DNA of 64,000 bases from Octopus sinensis (lineage: Eukaryota), in contig NC_042997.1 in assembly GCF_006345805.1 (NCBI RefSeq), positions 180,668,001 to 180,732,000 of the forward strand, given 5' to 3'. The position numbers were made by a program, and so were the translations under genes. How positions within the stretch are numbered: the stretch's first letter is position 1; each line of letters begins with the position of its first letter. Below, piece by piece: positions 42,152 to 56,531 of the stretch. Below the pieces are notes generated by a model that did not search any database, had not been told where the DNA came from, and saw only the letters and a list, made by a program, of their open reading frames with translations.

Positions 42152-44140
42152 CACTGATTAACACGATTTTTGGTGCCAAGAAACAAAACGCGTTTTTCAG
42201 CTAATTTGATGGTGCTGATAGTTTTTCATGGTTAGCTACTGTTTTTGCTGTACTGAAATTGCTAATTTTTGGAAAAAAAAGATCAATTTACGATCTTCGC
42301 TGATCACAAAATTTAGTTAAAAAAAGTAGTCGAAACCCATAAATTTTCAGGTAGGCCGAGGAATTTATGTCAGCCACCTGAAATAAACTATTTTTATGAG
42401 AAAAAAAGTGTTATGAGTCAAAACTTTTAAAACAGTAGTACCGAATTTTTCAATTTATTGCCAAAATTCAAATTAACTGATAAACTTTATCGGTAATACG
42501 CTTTAGTAATGGTGACATCAAAAAGAAAATAGAAAATCTGTTTCATATTCATAAATTTATCCCATCACTTTTATCCCTTCATTACGGAAAGAAACCAAGC
42601 ACATTAAGAGCTTTTATTTTCATAGTTGGAAAAAAAAACTCCAACCAAAGACATCCCAATTGAATGCACCTATTCCATTGTACATTATGGTTTCGCCATA
42701 ACATCTGCCCTCCACGCGGGATTACGAAGATACGAAGTAGAATCAGCATAACAATTCTTTCTTTCTTTTGTTTATTGACAGTTTTACGAGTCTTTCCGTA
42801 GGACACTAGGAAAGATCAAATTACCTAAATGTGAACACGCAAAGTGTAATGTAAATGCTCACCCAACTCATGTTCTTTTTTAATCATAGAGATAAATATC
42901 AAATGACATGGCTTCAACGAGAGGATACAAAAATGATCGCAACTAATTTTGCTATGTATGCGGCGAGTTCACACCGAAAGCCAACAGGAAACCGATGTCT
43001 GACTTTTACAAGAAAGCCTATCGTGCTTACTTTCTCATCGAGCTTGGTGATCAGGACAAATCATGGGCCTCTCACATTGTTTGCATGACATGTTTGGAAC
43101 ACATGAGACAGTGGAATTCAGGTACCCGAATATCGCTTAGATTCGCTATTCCTATGATCTGGCGTGAGCCAAAGAATCACTGTGATGAATATTACTTCTG
43201 CTCAGTCACTGTTGCGGGACTGAACCAAAAGAAACGCAGACTATCCCAGTCTGCATTCCGCTATTTGACCAGTGCCGCATTCAGATGATTTGCCAATCCC
43301 AGTTTTTTACAAAAAATTTGTTGAAACTTGTTGAAAGTGACGAGTCTGATACTGATGTAAATGAGAGACACAGCGAAAACGATCCTGACTATGTTCCCGA
43401 AACCGTGTCAGAGCCGTTTAACCAAGATGAGCTGAATGATTTGGTTCGAGACTTAAATCTAAGCAAAGAATTAACAGAACTTTTGGTCTCCAGGCTCAAC
43501 GAAAAATACCTGTTAGTAAAAGGCACGAAATAGGGATGCCGAATTTGTACCATTCTTAATGAGAACACGGATCTTCTTTATTGCAATGATGTTGAGAGCG
43601 TTCTTCTTCGACTAGGCGTCCACAAATTCGATCCTGATGAATGGACGGTGGAACAAACGAATGATGGCTGACTACTGCTGAAGTATCCAAAGGGACTTAA
43701 ATAACATTGAACATGACAGACAATCAAGAAAGAGAACATTTTTACCATAGTTCTTATGTTCACGAAGATTTTATTTCTGCTGTTAGTTTATTTAATGATT
43801 TGATGAAAATACTTGTTGGCCTTGGTATATTTCAATCGTGTTATTTTTAAAGACTTAGTGTCTGATTGTTATTGAAGAAAACACTAATTCTCAATAAGCA
43901 GACCAATATTCGTTGGTTTAATTATGAATTGAAAGGTTTCTACGATTTTACTTTGAGAAATATTGCCATCGATCAATATCAAATATACAGAAAGAAAACA
44001 AATGAAAAACATGCTGTTTTTTTCACCCCAAGAAAAAGTAATGTTATTTTCAGATTCAGCGCCCTCAAATTAGCTTAAAATTTTTTTTTAAATATTTGGT
44101 GTCTCGACACCATTTCAAAAATAAAATTTATTGACCAGTG
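42152..44140 (+). mobile_element. Chapaev3-like DNA transposon remnant
   Basis: Termini taa|CACTG...CAGTG|taa (3-bp TAA duplication); coding remnant 'YFLIELGDQDKSWASHIVCMTC...PMIWREPKNHCDEYYFC' and 'NQDELNDLVRDLNLSKE..ELLVSRL.EK.LL'. The family assignment is from recalled motif similarity. Confidence 0.7.
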
Positions 44141-45567
44141 TAATCAGACTGAAATAATTTTTTACTTTGTTAACCCGCGTAAGTTGGTCACATCTGGCCC
44201 AAATTTTCTACTTGCTTTACGTTCAGACTAGCCTTATATTGTCATTCTACAAAATAAACAATCACGTCATAAAAATATTCAAGTTACAAGATAATTCAAA
44301 ACAATATGAATAAATAAGCATTGCTTTTTACAAAAGGATGTCTTACAAAGCTTTCAAATATATGTTTAAAACACCGAATGTTTATTTTGATAGAGCACTA
44401 AGCTAATATAGTTGCTTAATCGTTATTACAGTGAGAATGTAGGTCCAACAATATATCTCAGAAGAAACAAAAGATCCGTGTAAAAATGTGGAGTGTAGTA
44501 ATAGATGTAAAATATGTTTTTCATAAAAGTATATCGAATCCAAATAGAGATACAAGATGAGCGCGATATGAATTTAAAAGAATTGATGCATAGTAATAAT
44601 TACAAGAGAGTCTCGAATACTTGCTATAGAAAATAGTCCCTATTTTCCGAATACGCCCAGAAGAATAAATGTATAATTATCATGTGCCCATATATATATG
44701 ATAAACTGGAAAGGTATCCCATTAATCATCCTTCTAAACTCAAAAAGCTCACGCATCCCTGAAGGCTCCCACTTCACTGCATTGACTGAGACGCATCGCG
44801 TGCTATATTACGGCTGCCTAACAGATATATGCACATACATGCATCAGATAACAATACGCACCAACACTTTAATATAGGGATTGGTTACAATAGTACAAGA
44901 TTGCAATTTTAGAAGGTATGTAAGAAAATTATTAGAACTTAGATACCTATATTGGAATATTGCACTTTCTATTGACGGATTTGCTATTCATCAGCCTCTC
45001 CCATAAGAGATTTGGGATTAAAGAATATTTAATTTTGTCTAGCTTGACATACTTCTATTGTGTAAGATAGTATAACAGATGGAAGATAATAATATTCTAC
45101 TTGTACTTATATTTTCAGCCAAGGATCAGTCAAATTCAACTAGAACAAGAAGCGAATTTTCAGACACAAACATAAGAGCTACATGATTTCTTTTGGACAA
45201 CTCACTTCTCTAAATTCAGATAGCAGTAATTTCAATTTATATATAAGCCTATGCATTTGTTGCAAGAAAAGTGGGATTGTGGAATGGATATGTGTTTCTC
45301 AATGGGATTAGGTACGTACTTGAATCGGATTACTAGCATATTTGAATCGGATTAGCTTTAAACAGAAATCAAAACTGCCTTTGGGATTCAACGTATGGCC
45401 ATTATCCTCTGTCTGTATGTTACTAGCCAAAAAGGTCAAAAGCAACATTTAGAGGAAAGATTGAGATTATATGGAGTTCTTATTGTTCCATAAGCACCTT
45501 TGGTATAGTAACTAGGCAATAGAACAGCTAAAATCTTCAGTAATTCAGTAATTCCTGATATAAAAAT

Positions 45568-45634
<67 letters not shown>

Positions 45635-45648
45635 CATACATATATATA

Positions 45649-45730
<82 letters not shown>

Positions 45731-45763
45731 CATACATATATATATATAATATATATATATATA

Positions 45764-46380
45764 TTGATCAAAATAAAATAAAAACATGATGCGAAGGATT
45801 CAGCGGTACATATGTTTCGGGCCTTTATTAGACAGATTTATAACAATGCATAATGTATGTCTGTGGCCTTCTTCAGCCGCGCACAACAGCTTCCACAAGG
45901 ACATGTGTTACATCAAAAGTTCTTGGTTGGGGATGCAAATCCTCTCATTCACGTACGACATAATGCGGCAGCAGCATAGAGTTGAAGCGTCCATCTCTTT
46001 CTTCTCTCAATGTAGAATGAGGAAAATTGGATGTTGAGGTAAAGTAAATAAATAAATACATATATAGAGGTGAAGATGGAGGGGCGAGAGTTCGGAACGA
46101 GGGATAAAAAATGTATAAAAAGTGTAAGTATAGAATAATATAAAAATGTAGAGGATAAAGGGTTGTAAGGAGATGTAAAGGGGGTATAAAGAAATATAAA
46201 GTAAAAATAGAAATAGAAATAAAAGTTAAAAAACCTGATAAAAACCTGATAAAAGTGTAAAAGAATGTAAAGATAAGGGATGTATAGAGGTTATGGACCA
46301 AGCATGGTGGTCAGGAGATTGATAAAATTTAGTTGTAGAATTGTCAGTACATCAACAGTTTCGTCTGGGGACTTAATGCG
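45764..46380 (-). mobile_element. PLE-type pLTR-like element with hammerhead (longer copy)
   Basis: The 3' 230 bp are almost identical to 8075-8306; a pyrimidine-rich region lies upstream; the 3' end abuts a long (TA)n. Confidence 0.75.
45803..45880 (-). ncRNA. Type I hammerhead ribozyme motif (identical to 8114-8191)
   Basis: Same GCGG-CUGAAGA...GAAA-CAUAUGU-A-CCGC fold. Confidence 0.8.
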
Positions 46381-47149
46381 TTGTAAATCAGAGCTGATGA
46401 GCATTTAATCTGGTTCCTTGAATTAAATGGACTTCTAGTACATACATATCATCATGGATATATACACCCACAGACAAAATTTGTATATATAGGGGGAAAA
46501 TGCGGGGAACCCTATATGCACGTACACACACCCACACACACACACACACACGCACATGTACATATATATGTATATGTACACATACGTACACGTATGTGCA
46601 CATACATACGCACACACACACACATACACATATACACGCACATATAGGAAACGAAATATAATTGATCTGCAACATTTAAAAAGTTTTTCATAACAAAATG
46701 AGAAGAGTCACGTAAATCCAATGCCGAACCCCAACATTAATCCTCAATTTCTCTATTTACTCATGGCAAGTACCTCCAAAAGTTCCATCCTTTTTGTAGC
46801 AGGTCCATTCACGCAATCTAGTCTTAGGATTCTCATTGATCTTTCGATAAGTTCTTGTTATACAGACTGTACTTTACTGATTACGTTCACTCGTCACTTT
46901 AAGTAGTATTTGTAGAAAATGAGAGATTGACTGAAGAAGTATATTCATTTCCTCAGCCATCTCAATCTTGTTCTCAACACTAACTCCTTCACCAAAACCA
47001 TCCGAAAGGTGAACTCTACCTGCCTTTAAGGAGCAATACACTCAAAACTAGGCAACAACTATTTGATGTAAATTCACAAATCAGTAGGTAAATTATTTCT
47101 TGTGTCTGTAAAAGCGATCTCAAATCTGCAATATTTACAGTCAACACTA

Positions 47150-48240
47150 CCACAATTCGTATTTTAGATGTAGTCAATAGCCAACATCGAGCTAATGCTC
47201 CATAGAAATAGAATGTTAAATTGTTTCTCATCGATCTCTAGAACACCATTAAGGAAATGAACACCCATGCCCACTACCAATCCTCTATACGAGAAAATAC
47301 TGGACTTCCAAACATCTGCATTCATCAGCTGGTATAGAAATGAGATAGTTCCATATAATAAATGAAGTAGTTCCATATAATAAATACTGTTTAGTTTATG
47401 CCTGATCCAAGACAATAACTTCGTCAAAGGGAGGAGTTATGAAAATATCTGTCTCGCTAGGAGTAATCGTTTGTAACGTTTAAGAACTGGTTTTGCTGTT
47501 TTGGCTATTTTCTTAACATAATCGTGTACATTTTCCCAAACTCTAGGCACATTCGGAGTGGGAAACAAAGACTTTCTGCACAGCGGATATCAACACTCAA
47601 AAAGCCAAAGAAAAGTCACCCCATTCTAATTAGATGCAACCTTGGGTAAAGCATAGATCAATCAAGTATTGATCCCTCAATAAATCACGGATGCTATTTA
47701 AGTGTTTGATATATTGCTTTCACCATCTCAACTTTCAATGACACCATTTTCTATACTCCATTTTTTTATACATTTAAAGGTTTGGATCAGAGCACCTTAA
47801 CTGGACAATCGGTCCGACAATTGACACAGGATGGCGTGGACTTGCCCTCCAAATGCTGTGTAACATTGACTAATTCGTGCCTACTGTACCACCCATATTC
47901 CTTTATTATGATGGTGACTGTGTCGATCTTCAAGATGGTTGATCACATGATCGTTGCGTTGTTTGTATAACCGGACACATTGAACCTGCGTTCTAGTTAA
48001 TTTGAAATGACCCCATTTTCTGTTTATTGGGCAGAATAGTGTATAATTTTTGTGGTGTTCATATCGTTGGCTTTGAGTATATATCAAGGAATTTCGTTTA
48101 GAGTGAAGGATTTGAAGCCTATAAGGTTTAGTTGGGGTATACATTTCGCAAAATAATTTATTTATGTCATTCAGAAAAACATTACTATAAATAAAATATT
48201 CGTCAGTTTCTTTCAGACATCTTGAACATTCGATCATGAC
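47150..48240 (-). mobile_element. Possible ancient L1/Tx1 3' remnant
   Basis: Weak minus-strand similarity to the Tx1 C-terminus ('PTPNVPRVWENV', 'ITPPF', 'ADVWKSSI'); many stops. Confidence 0.3.
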
Positions 48241-49645
48241 TAACTGAGATTATGCAACAACAACATCTCAGTTCCGACATTTATAGCCCTCAGAAAAATA
48301 TGACCGTTTCACTATTGAATTCTCTTTTGTTTGTAAATGAAGAAACGAGCTGATATTAAAAAGAAATGAATATTGATGAAGAGTAGTTTTGTAATTGATA
48401 TAAACAAATTGTAAGCTACTCAGGAGTACCAATGAAGAATGATTTTCTCTTCTGATTACTGTACAGATTTATCTTCATTTTTTTATAGTAAAATATTTGT
48501 TAAAGAACTGAAGGATACACAATCATACTTCTAACTACTTTCTTCAAATTTATACTCTTGTGTTATTATTTCTTCTCTTTCTATTTTTCTATATAAACTC
48601 TACAAGTAATTTAGTCTGTCATAGAATAAGCTGAAAGTATTTTGCTTTCCTTATTTGTCGAGTTGAAAATTTTCACAGATTTGAAACTACTTGCGATCAA
48701 AGAAGTTGATTGAATTCATTTCCCTCAAGCTGAAATCCCCTAAGCCATTATCTTCTCTAGGTTGGTGTTAGTTTTTCATACAGAAAATGTACTATATGAA
48801 ACTGTAAGGATGGGCATAATAGATTCAAGGTATTGGTGGTTCCAAGGTATTTAATCTTAAGCTAGAATTCTGATTCTCTATGTTTCCTGAAGATGAAATT
48901 TCTGCTAAAATCAGCTTTACCTTCCACTATAGTGGTATAAATAAATGCCATTATTATATGCTTCGACGTATTTGACTCTCTTCACCTTATTTCGAAATTT
49001 GTTTCTACTGCCTGGGAAAAATCAATTATTGATATAATAGAATAGAAAAAAAGTGATAAACAAAAGACAACATTGCGAGATGCCCTCTCCTTTATAATTT
49101 AATTGTTACTCCCCATCTCTGTGGACAGTATTTTAATCAAGAAACTATTTTCCATTACATGTATTTGGTCAACTGTAAAACATATAACGTTGATCTAATA
49201 ATATCATTAAATCTATAAATTAAATCATTATTCACGCCAGTCTAAGAAATCCTTTCGATATAAACACAGTAACACACTACAACGCATACTCATGAATTCA
49301 AATATACAACAGAATACACAATTATCACTATTTTTAGAAAATTCTGATGATAATCAGATTAAATTTAAACATTGATTTATTTTGACTAGGCACAGAGCCG
49401 AAAATCTTATAAACGTTAAACATTTCCAATAAAATCATGTGGATATTACTTTCAAGAGAGAACACTTGGGAAAGGCTAGTGAGACAGCAGCTAATTCTCG
49501 CTGGAACGAAATCCAATGGTCCGTTTCAGTTATTAATTAGAATGTCTTCATTTCTGTACAAATGACTTTGGGAAAGAATATGAAAATAAAAAAAAATCAA
49601 CTTTTGTTTGACACGACGTATTTACATATTGTTGAAACCCATCAA

Positions 49646-49701
<56 letters not shown>

Positions 49702-50039
49702 GAGAGAGAGGGGGACTCTGTGTGTGTATTATTGTGTTTTATTTTAACAATATCACACACTCAAAACCGCGCATGCATGCAGACACAGAGACACACAAGC
49801 GCGCCTACATAAGCACGCACACACACACACAAGCTCTTATATACTCCATGTTTCAAATTATTAGCAAGGTGTAATTAAATCTCATGTAAACAAGAAAATG
49901 CCAATTTAACTGTGTGATGTACATATTAAAATGAATACATGGCGTCTTAAACATGGAAGAAATAGAAATAAACAAATAAACAATGTTCAAAATGATAAGT
50001 AAGCTGGTTAGTAAGGGATGTAGGAGCGTTTGTCTCAAA

Positions 50040-51000
50040 ATAAGTTGAAAAAGGCGTTGATTCTTGGAGCATGCTAATTTCTGGCTCTCCTCTGATGTTA
50101 TACTACGCGATACATCAACTATTACCTGCCACAGTTCATCCTTGCTCCTAAATTGGCATCCATTGTTGCAAACACGTCGCTTTAAAATGCTCCACGCATT
50201 TTCTATTGGGTTTAAGTTGGGGAAACAGGCAGGTCACTTCATCTTTCCGAGGTCCACAAAAACCTGATTGTTACAGATATCTGTAGTTCTCTTCGTTACG
50301 TGCAAGGGTGCATTACCTTCCATGAATATTATGGTTGTCCTAATGTGATTCTTTGCTGTTTTATTCAAGGTTCAAGGTGTTCCCTCAGAAAGGCTATGGA
50401 AGCATCCGCAATCATTTTGATACTTTCAGGGACTTTCCAGTGACCTAGCATAATACCTCTAACAATCATGATACCTCCTCCCCCATGTTTGCGTCCCTTG
50501 CTCCAACCATCAGATACATCACGAGTAGAACGAGTTTCGTCCGTAAAGAAAACTTTTGTAAAGTTGACCTCCATGTTATCTTCTGCCCATTTCACGCGTT
50601 TCTGTATATGTATTTTGCTTAAAGAAGGCCTTGTAACTGATGTCACTGGTGTACCGACCTTTTTCAGAATATGACACTTGGTAGTTCTGGACATAGTTGT
50701 TTCGCAAATGCGCTTGAAAACTTCTACATTTGTAAAACCTGGTTTCTTGACGCCTAATTCGTGACAGAGAACGTAGGGAAACAGCTATCAACAGACCTTT
50801 GTCGGTTCTCTAACGTATCTCCATATTTTCACAGCTTGGTGATATCTTGCAGTTATTTTAGAAATTTCTAATGTCGATTTACCTATTGCAAGTTCAGAGG
50901 TAATACCAGATTTCTCTGAAGCACTTAGGATACATTTACGATCCATAATTGCACGATTATCAGTCCTCTCGTAAAAAATTTGGAACACGGAAAGTTAGTG
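50040..51000 (-). mobile_element. Tc1-superfamily remnant, TRT/DD37E-like
   Basis: 'FTKVFFTDETRSTRDVSDGWSKG', 'GGGGIMIVRGIM', 'VPESIKM...FLREHLEP' and downstream 'NLNPIENAWSILKRR' resemble the TRT-type 'TDE.RATLDGPDGW..GGGGVMFWAGI' pattern. Confidence 0.75.
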
Positions 51001-51204
51001 GTAATCATACAAACGGATGCGGTTTGTTTACACGCGCATATAACTTTTGCCACCATACCGTGGAAATTTCGTTGAATTCCAACGAGTAGTTTTGACATAA
51101 AATAAAGAAATGCTAATCGTTAATAATGTGAAACGCAGTGTGTGTATATATATATATACATATATATATATTTATCTATATATATATTCATATATATATC
51201 TATA

Positions 51205-51571
51205 TATAGCAATTAAGGACAACTACTTAATAAGGAAAACTTAACAAGAAATTGTCAGGTAGATAGCGTAAAAACCTCATAAGAGAAAAAATTTCGAAAT
51301 AATTATTTCTTATTGAACATATTAATTTATATATAGAGGGCATTATACATACATGCCAGGAGGCATTCTACATACACGCCATACGCTAAGAGGGACAATC
51401 AGTCATTTCTACCAAAAATATTACTAATCCCACCGAATGCAATTTTTGAAAAATTGCATTCGGTGGGATTAGTAATATTTTTGGTAGAAATGACTGATTG
51501 TCCCTCTTAGCGTATGGCGTGTATGTAGAATGCCTCCTGGCATGTATGTATAATGCCCTCTATATATAAAT
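51205..51571. mobile_element. Truncated copy of the 24.7-kb family with a perfect fold-back
   Basis: 51205-51445 is homologous to 24710-24910; 51325-51447 and 51449-51571 are exact reverse complements around one G; both ends in TA tracts. Confidence 0.85.
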
Positions 51572-51912
51572 ATATCTATATATATATAAACATATACATA
51601 TATATATATGCATGTATGTATATACTGTATATATATATCCATATATATATACATATATGTATAGATATATATATATGTGTGCGTGTGTATGTGTGTGTGA
51701 CAATTAGTTGATTGTCATAATAAAATTCAGAGTTTTGGATGCCGGGGCTGAAATCTGCGCCGACATTTCATCAGTTATTAAGACAAACAAAAACATTATG
51801 AACAAAAAACCGTTGAATAAAGGAAAATTACTCCAGTAGACGTGAGGGAAGTAGAACTTCGTTCATAGAACCTGCATATGCAGACATGTACACATATACA
51901 TACACGTACGCG

Positions 51913-51949
<37 letters not shown>

Positions 51950-52271
51950 GTCTATACATACAAACACACACACACACACACACACATATACATATATATA
52001 TGTCTATAAATATGTAAACATTCATATTTGCCGCAAAACTTCAATATACATATGAGTTACATATGTATGTACACAAATGCACATCCTGTCTGTCAAACAC
52101 ATCTACGCCTGCAGATATATAAACGTATATACATACGTATATGTATGAAGGAACGAGACAAGTACAACCGGTAGAGTTTTACACTCGTATATATACAATC
52201 ATTCGTACACATGTGTATATGCACGCACTTATTTGTTCCGTTTTTGGACCCTTCCCCCAAGTATATATGCA

Positions 52272-52359
<88 letters not shown>

Positions 52360-52408
52360 AATATATATATATATTATATATATATATATTATATATATAT
52401 ATATAATA

Positions 52409-52460
<52 letters not shown>

Positions 52461-52764
52461 GCATACATACATATATATACATACATGCATACATACATAC
52501 ATTCAGATTACAAGCTCAGGTTTATACTTGTAATTATTGTGGCCCTGGGATATGTAACACACTGTCTATATATCAATCTTGAGAAATTAGACTTTTCAAA
52601 ACCAGAAAGGAGAAAAGTAATTCGAAGTCTACAGATCCAAGCCATCACTGGAGCTGTAAAAATCTGCAAAACTTTCCAGTAGTTTATCATTTAAACATAT
52701 GAGCATATCTATATATATAACTCTATGCATGAGAAAACATACAAATCTGCACATACATACATAC

Positions 52765-52795
<31 letters not shown>

Positions 52796-52992
52796 CATAC
52801 ATACATACATACATACATACATACATACATACATACATACAAAATCAGGTATTATCATAATTATTTTCATAATGATACACATAATCAGACAAGTTGCATT
52901 ATTTTCAATTGTTATAAGCGTCGCGTTTCTGTCGTTGTCCCTCCTGGCCTGCTACTGGTACCTGTCATATCTGGTAGCACTCCCGAAATTAC

Positions 52993-53046
52993 CGACTGTA
53001 CGCTTCGCTTAAATTCCAGTGGCATTTCGTTATCCTTTATCCACAC
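52993..53046 (-). other. Candidate 54-nt phase 0-0 exon (VWIKDNEMPLEFKRSVQS)
   Basis: Minus-strand atatttcag acceptor and CG|gtaatt donor; only the phase-0 frame is open. Confidence 0.25.
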
Positions 53047-54039
53047 CTGAAATATTATCGGGTTTATGATTTCCTCTTCGCATGAGCCATGGTTTACATA
53101 TTTAACAATAAAATGAATGGAAAGAACGGAAAGAATCAATAAGAAAGATGGCTGAGATGCTTTGAGCTTCAGTTCATAAAACGAAGGTTCAAATGTAATA
53201 AAGGAACAATATGAGTTCTGTACGTAGCAGGTTGGGTAGTTTCTGTTATTGTATGTAGCTGAGAGAAATGGAGAAAATGAGAGGGAGAGGAGAGGGAGAG
53301 AAAAAGAGAGGTAGTAAATAATACGTGTGCTTGTTACTGTAATTTAATCTTATATTATTTGGAGCTATCTCGCTTATTTGTAGACTCCTCTTATTTGGCT
53401 ATTCTAGTTGTTCACAACAGTTGATATTGAATAGCACCAGGTGAGAACACCCAACTGCCTTGTTGCCTTTCTTTTTTCTTTTTTCTTTCTTTTTTTCTTA
53501 TTTGCCCGCTTTTATTCTATCTTTTGTTCGCACCTACCTGTGACTGTTGATCCACCGCTATGAATCCACTATGTTTTAGTTTATCCTGGAACAAATTCTA
53601 TAGGACATGTCTGCAGTGACGTCACCACTCGAAAAATGAATCTGATTTTCGCTTATGTCATGATTCAAACCGTTGAATATCCTGTTATTTACAAAGAATT
53701 TTTTTATTTAAAATAAGAGAACTGTTCAAATCAGTGATTGGACATATTACACACATCAACGGAAGGTTTTTAATATAACAACCATGAATAGGAAACATGT
53801 CCGAACACATCAGTGCATGACTTTTAAAATAACACATCGCGAATATAAGAATAACAATATTCATTGGTAGTGGATGGTTCCTGTGGGTGTGTACTTTTCA
53901 AAATAACGTTTGATTATTGCAAATTATTTTCTTTTTTATCCTAGAGAATATGTTAGTAAGTCTTAATGTAATAGTAATGGCCAGAGAGCCATGATAAATC
54001 GGTAGCCACTACACACATTTTTTTCTCTCCTTGTTTCTC

Positions 54040-54190
54040 TCCTTGTTTTTTCCTGTGTCCCTTTCTGTAGAAGAGCGTAGGCTCGAAACGTAAAAGACTT
54101 TTTTCAATTCATGAGCGTTATACTAATACATCTGTTTGTTTTATACACCACCTGTCTTCGTCTTTTGTTTTTTTCGCGAAATCTCCCTAA
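54040..54190 (+). mobile_element. Short PLE-like terminal element with a hammerhead-like motif
   Basis: Homologous to the reverse complement of 23143-23258. Confidence 0.7.
54061..54096 (+). ncRNA. Minimal type I hammerhead-like motif, variant core CUGUAGA
   Basis: CUUU-CUGUAGA-A-GAGC-GUAG-GCUC-GAAA-CGU-A-AAAG, cleavage triplet GUA. Confidence 0.6.
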
Positions 54191-54617
54191 TATATTTATA
54201 ATATTGACGATTATCAACAGGAATACTCAATCAAACATTTATTAAATCACTCATTTAAGTACGTAGTACCAAACATCGTAATTGACAGAAACTTCATTAT
54301 GTGTATCAGTGAGCAATTTCATTATCATAGACGCAGTGACGCGTACAAGCAGGGATGTATCCTCATATATATTAACAAGTTTTTCTAACTTTGGCACTAG
54401 ATCAGAATAGTGGGCGATGCGGAATGTTTGTTATATCAGCCCATTGCATAAAAAGTACTTTCGGTCATTGACCCAAAAAAGCAATGTTGATTTGGAAAGA
54501 TAAAACATTTGAAGATAGTTTGTGCGAGGCGTCAATGATTTTGCAACTCAGTCAATTTTTAACTGTATTTATTAAATAATATAAAAACCCGAATGTTTCA
54601 CATATATGTATATGAAA

Positions 54618-54908
54618 AAGGTGCAAGGCTCAGAGATTAAAGAGTTAGGCTCACAATAATGTGTTGTGTTCTTGAGCAGGAAACTTTATTTTACGTTACT
54701 ACAGTTCCTTCATCTGTAGAAATGTATTGCGACGTCACAAGTTCCAAGCTGTATCTGTCATTGCCTTTTCTTTGGATAACATCGGTGTGGTGGAGAGGTG
54801 AGGTGAGGCGGATGTGCATGAGAGATTTCTAGTCTTTCATAAACAACCTTGTATGGACCTGTGCCTCGAGGTGCAATCTTATAGTCATTCATGACCGAAG
54901 GCGATCTT
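54618..54908 (+). mobile_element. Diverged SINE, family C
   Basis: gtgttcttgagcagg, ttggataacatcggtgtggtggagagg and tcattcatgaccgaagg are shared with 2818-3151. Confidence 0.75.
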
Positions 54909-54958
54909 TACTCTCTATATATACATACACACACATACATATATATATATGTATGTAT

Positions 54959-55069
<111 letters not shown>

Positions 55070-55092
55070 ATATTATATATATAATATATATA

Positions 55093-55726
<634 letters not shown>

Positions 55727-55949
55727 CATCTATATATGTGTGTCCGTGTGTGTGTATGTATTAGAGTGGCTCTTATTTTTCAACTTTCTACAAGTTTAAC
55801 TCCCACGCCACATACTATCATGTTCCAATTAACCAAATAAAAACATAATTTTTTTGCGGGAAACGTTTTGCATAAGCAAATAAAACCTATATCCCATTAT
55901 ATATGTTTGTGTGTGTGTGTGTGGTGTGTGTGTGTGTGTGTGTCTATTT

Positions 55950-56531
55950 GTGTAAAAGAAGAAGAAGAAGAAGAATGCGGAAGTTGTATGGTAGTAACAG
56001 AATATTGGTGGAATCCTATTAAATGATCTAGTGACCCATTGTGGTTTTAATAGTAGGCTACTTGACCATTTAAGAGGATTCCACCAACATTCTACTGCTG
56101 TCAAACCACTCCTGCATTTGTCTTCTTCTTCTTCTCCTTCTTCTTCTTCTTCTTCTTCTTCTTCTTCTTCTTCTTCTTCTTCTTCTTTTTCTTCTTCTTC
56201 TTCTTCTTCGCCTCCTTTCCCAACTATTACTGCTGCTTAAACAATCAAAACCAAGAATTCATATCAAATTTTAAGACTACTACTAACTGCTACCTACTAC
56301 CAAGAACTCACATGAGTAAAAAAGAGAGACAGACAGAAAAAATGAAAATGTTACTTGCATTTGAAAACTAAGGAAATATTTTTAAAAAAACATTTCATCT
56401 AATTTTTCCACAATTTAATTGTTTTTCATGCTTTACTCTAAGTTGAAAAAGTCGCAAAGGCTGAAACCGGTACTAAAATGTTCTTCATGATAAAATTATT
56501 TTAGAATTTCCTATCTTGTCTTATTTTCCTC

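Noticed and set aside
51716-51782. Minus-strand CTGATGA with a good stem II (ATGTCGG/CCGGCAT)
   Set aside because: GAAA is mutated to CAAA and stems I and III are imperfect; probably a dead hammerhead, so not called as a feature.
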